From the IMG/VR virus record IMGVR_UViG_3300016471_000011, positions 1-24,849 of that record: a stretch of DNA of 24,849 bases; one strand, written 5' to 3'. This DNA comes from a virus. Taxonomy: Duplodnaviria > Caudoviricetes. Under the pieces are notes generated by a model that saw nothing but the letters and a program-made list of their open reading frames with translations, made no database searches and had not been told where the DNA came from. A program made the translations under genes and the position numbers. Below are positions 23,901 through 24,849 of this stretch, piece by piece (position 1 is the stretch's first letter; every line of letters starts with the position of its first letter).

Positions 23901-24238
23901 AAGCCGTGAACGTTGCAACAGGAACCCCTGGTTCTGTAGTGGGCCGCGTTCTCAAGTACCTGCAGGCTCGTTCAACTCTTGACGAGAAGACCGCAGGAGA
24001 ACTGGCTAACATGCTCAAGTCAAGTACTCCTGCTGAGATTGACAGTGTGATGACCCGTCTTGAAAAGAGCGCTGGTCAATTTGCACGAGAGCAAGAGCGG
24101 GCTGCGACCCGCCTGAAAGCCATCTCCGGCGCTGTTGGCACCGCGGCCCCCGAGGACACGACCACCAAGACTGCTGAGCCTGCCCCGGAAGAAGATGACG
24201 ACGCCAAGATCGAACGCATCCTCCGGGAGAATCAGTAA
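20918..24238 (+). CDS. Large internal virion / ejection protein (1106 aa, bipartite)
   Basis: GAGG RBS, helical/coiled-coil composition, QARGG and MANGG in the middle, then GRAVGQGLGFGFGDEA and G/A-rich hydrophobic helices. Confidence 0.7.
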   Translation: MALTDNEDDTIEEGQGSEGGTRVIADTAGYTSRANQNPYTKDLNDLLKKYLEQTDRQATEKERLLDQARQKLMARSSGPSDAEVAFRLAAAFGKPTRTGSFFETLGGVNEATAGVLGERRKAQQELEDLDLKYRMAGLDTKSEGMKTKISALSTLARSVPRDKVPEVVAMQQIVDDPNASPDAKKTAQARITYLTTRATPQGNEIDQLIAKINDPKTPPEAKRMYQQRYNKLVHIPPSGTDAVASKPQSPQGRIAADEGLKPGTPEYNRRVQTLVQQGQNRLSATEMKMQDELKDRVVAGREVLLTLEKALKLNEVAYEGSTAGAREVAGRLVPLVRSSEAQTATAELENLILSNALSQLKVIFGAAPTEGERKILVDLQGSINKPAKTRETIWKNAQAAAARRLADNQKRLQDLTSGASARRAAEEPEGQARGGPVRMANGGELSLANLGRAVGQGLGFGFGDEAVARVRARMEGRPYEDVLREEREAYQKFSEKYPITAIGTELVSGAVPTVAAMFVPGTQAASVVGGARMAQAAQRFGSVLPKFMTGQMGKATAVGAGTGAVSGAGTAIEGERGTGALTGSATGAVMGPTVAKGIDLGVRGGKALKNVIKPSPQTVQDRANIKVLEAMSRDDMTPADVRAKMLADQQLGTKPMLMDVTPSTQTLGEAVVTLPGPGRKILAGPLGERLEQGRDLVGQRASQTLARGQDFTATEDSLMGRLRANANNMYDKAYAHGSVDDTRLLTVLEDDTFKSAFREAQRIAGKEARAAELRGEDPSRFKLNDIYDLDDKGNMVSVGKIPDVRTLDYIKRGIDALIDKGYKGEGMGKAEANALKDLRKAFVGVIDENVPEYAAARAKYAGDMEVLDALRLGKDEYLTPKMLPEQARKLVSGMSDAEKDALRIGAAQSIMSKIMDAPQQVNAAQRVIGAPATRKRLEALFDNPAEYQVFEAALKREAELFRNAQEVIRNSRTANKQEAIADLKRSTNVLDIAGEAVNVATGTPGSVVGRVLKYLQARSTLDEKTAGELANMLKSSTPAEIDSVMTRLEKSAGQFAREQERAATRLKAISGAVGTAAPEDTTTKTAEPAPEEDDDAKIERILRENQ

Positions 24239-24849
24239 TGACTGAACTGAACAAGCTCAAGCAAAAGTACGAAGACGGTGGGAAAGCCGAGAAGATCAAG
24301 GGTCTTACGAAGTCGCTCCAGGCGGAAGCCTCGATCGGTCCGATCCCAAGGAGCAAGGCTGCTGAGTTCATGGGCGATAAGGTTGCCGGGGCCTTCAGGT
24401 CGGCGCGCAACGCTATGTCAGCTGAGATTCCTCTCATCGGCGGCACGGTCGGCGAACTTCTCATTGGCCAGACGCCTGAGGCACTTGAAGATTGGTCTTA
24501 CGGTTTCGGTCCCTTTCGCGCTGGTCGTACTGACGTCGTTGGTCCTGCTGGTGCTCTTTATGGCATGAAGGTCGACGACCGTATCCTAGACGTTGCAGGA
24601 GCAGTTGAGCTGCCGTACCTGGCTGGCAAGCTGGGGGCCAAAGGAACTGCCAAGGCCGCTCAAAGATTCATGGATGCGATGAAGGGCTCGAAGCCTGGCG
24701 AGCTTGAGACCATGCAGCGCAAGTACCAGGGCGGCGGCCGGGTAGGCCGCTTTATATCTGCTGTCGACAAGGCCATTGACACCTTGAAGCAAAAGAAGGG
24801 CACCGGCGAACAGATCCTGAAGCAGATTGAGACCACTCCTGGGGTGAGA
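24238..24849 (+). CDS. Large internal virion protein, N-terminal part (3' truncated, not in the ORF track)
   Basis: TAATG coupling, open for 204 codons to the window end: MTELNKLKQKYEDGGKAEK...RKYQGGGRVGRFISAVDKAIDTLKQKKGTGEQILKQIETTPGVR. Confidence 0.75.
   Translation, partial: MTELNKLKQKYEDGGKAEKIKGLTKSLQAEASIGPIPRSKAAEFMGDKVAGAFRSARNAMSAEIPLIGGTVGELLIGQTPEALEDWSYGFGPFRAGRTDVVGPAGALYGMKVDDRILDVAGAVELPYLAGKLGAKGTAKAAQRFMDAMKGSKPGELETMQRKYQGGGRVGRFISAVDKAIDTLKQKKGTGEQILKQIETTPGVR

Noticed and set aside
61-24792. Numerous minus-strand ORFs (e.g. 538-1524, 22658-23677, 18493-19248)
   Set aside because: All lie antisense to well-supported, tightly coupled plus-strand genes, as expected in GC-rich coding DNA.
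1-24849. tRNA, rRNA, integrase, att sites or phage RNA polymerase promoters
   Set aside because: Intergenic gaps are under about 75 nt, and no cloverleaf, recombinase or repeated promoter motif was recognisable.

Overview
The whole window is a single-stranded (+) virion morphogenesis operon of a tailed dsDNA phage. A podovirus-like plan is inferred from adaptor(s), nozzle and large ejection-type proteins, with no tape measure, tube or sheath seen. Gene order: 3' end of the major capsid gene, a terminator, several structural genes, three very basic small/core proteins, head-tail adaptor, Zn-ribbon protein, two tail fibres plus a probable chaperone, a lysis cassette (membrane proteins, 3TM holin, M15 peptidase endolysin), a second adaptor, a tail protein and the nozzle. 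Next come an acyl carrier protein, an apparently intact ketosynthase and a probable GNAT-fold protein, translationally coupled between the nozzle and four large internal/ejection proteins. Two things stand out. (1) The ACP-KS-(GNAT) cassette sits inside the virion module, suggesting a phage-encoded acylation system for virion or ejection proteins rather than a metabolic auxiliary gene. (2) A short x-[AK]-x-G-G type motif recurs about 17 times at apparent domain boundaries in six putative capsid-internal proteins, suggesting a polyprotein cleavage or capsid-targeting signal. All family assignments come from motif recognition and gene order, not database searches.
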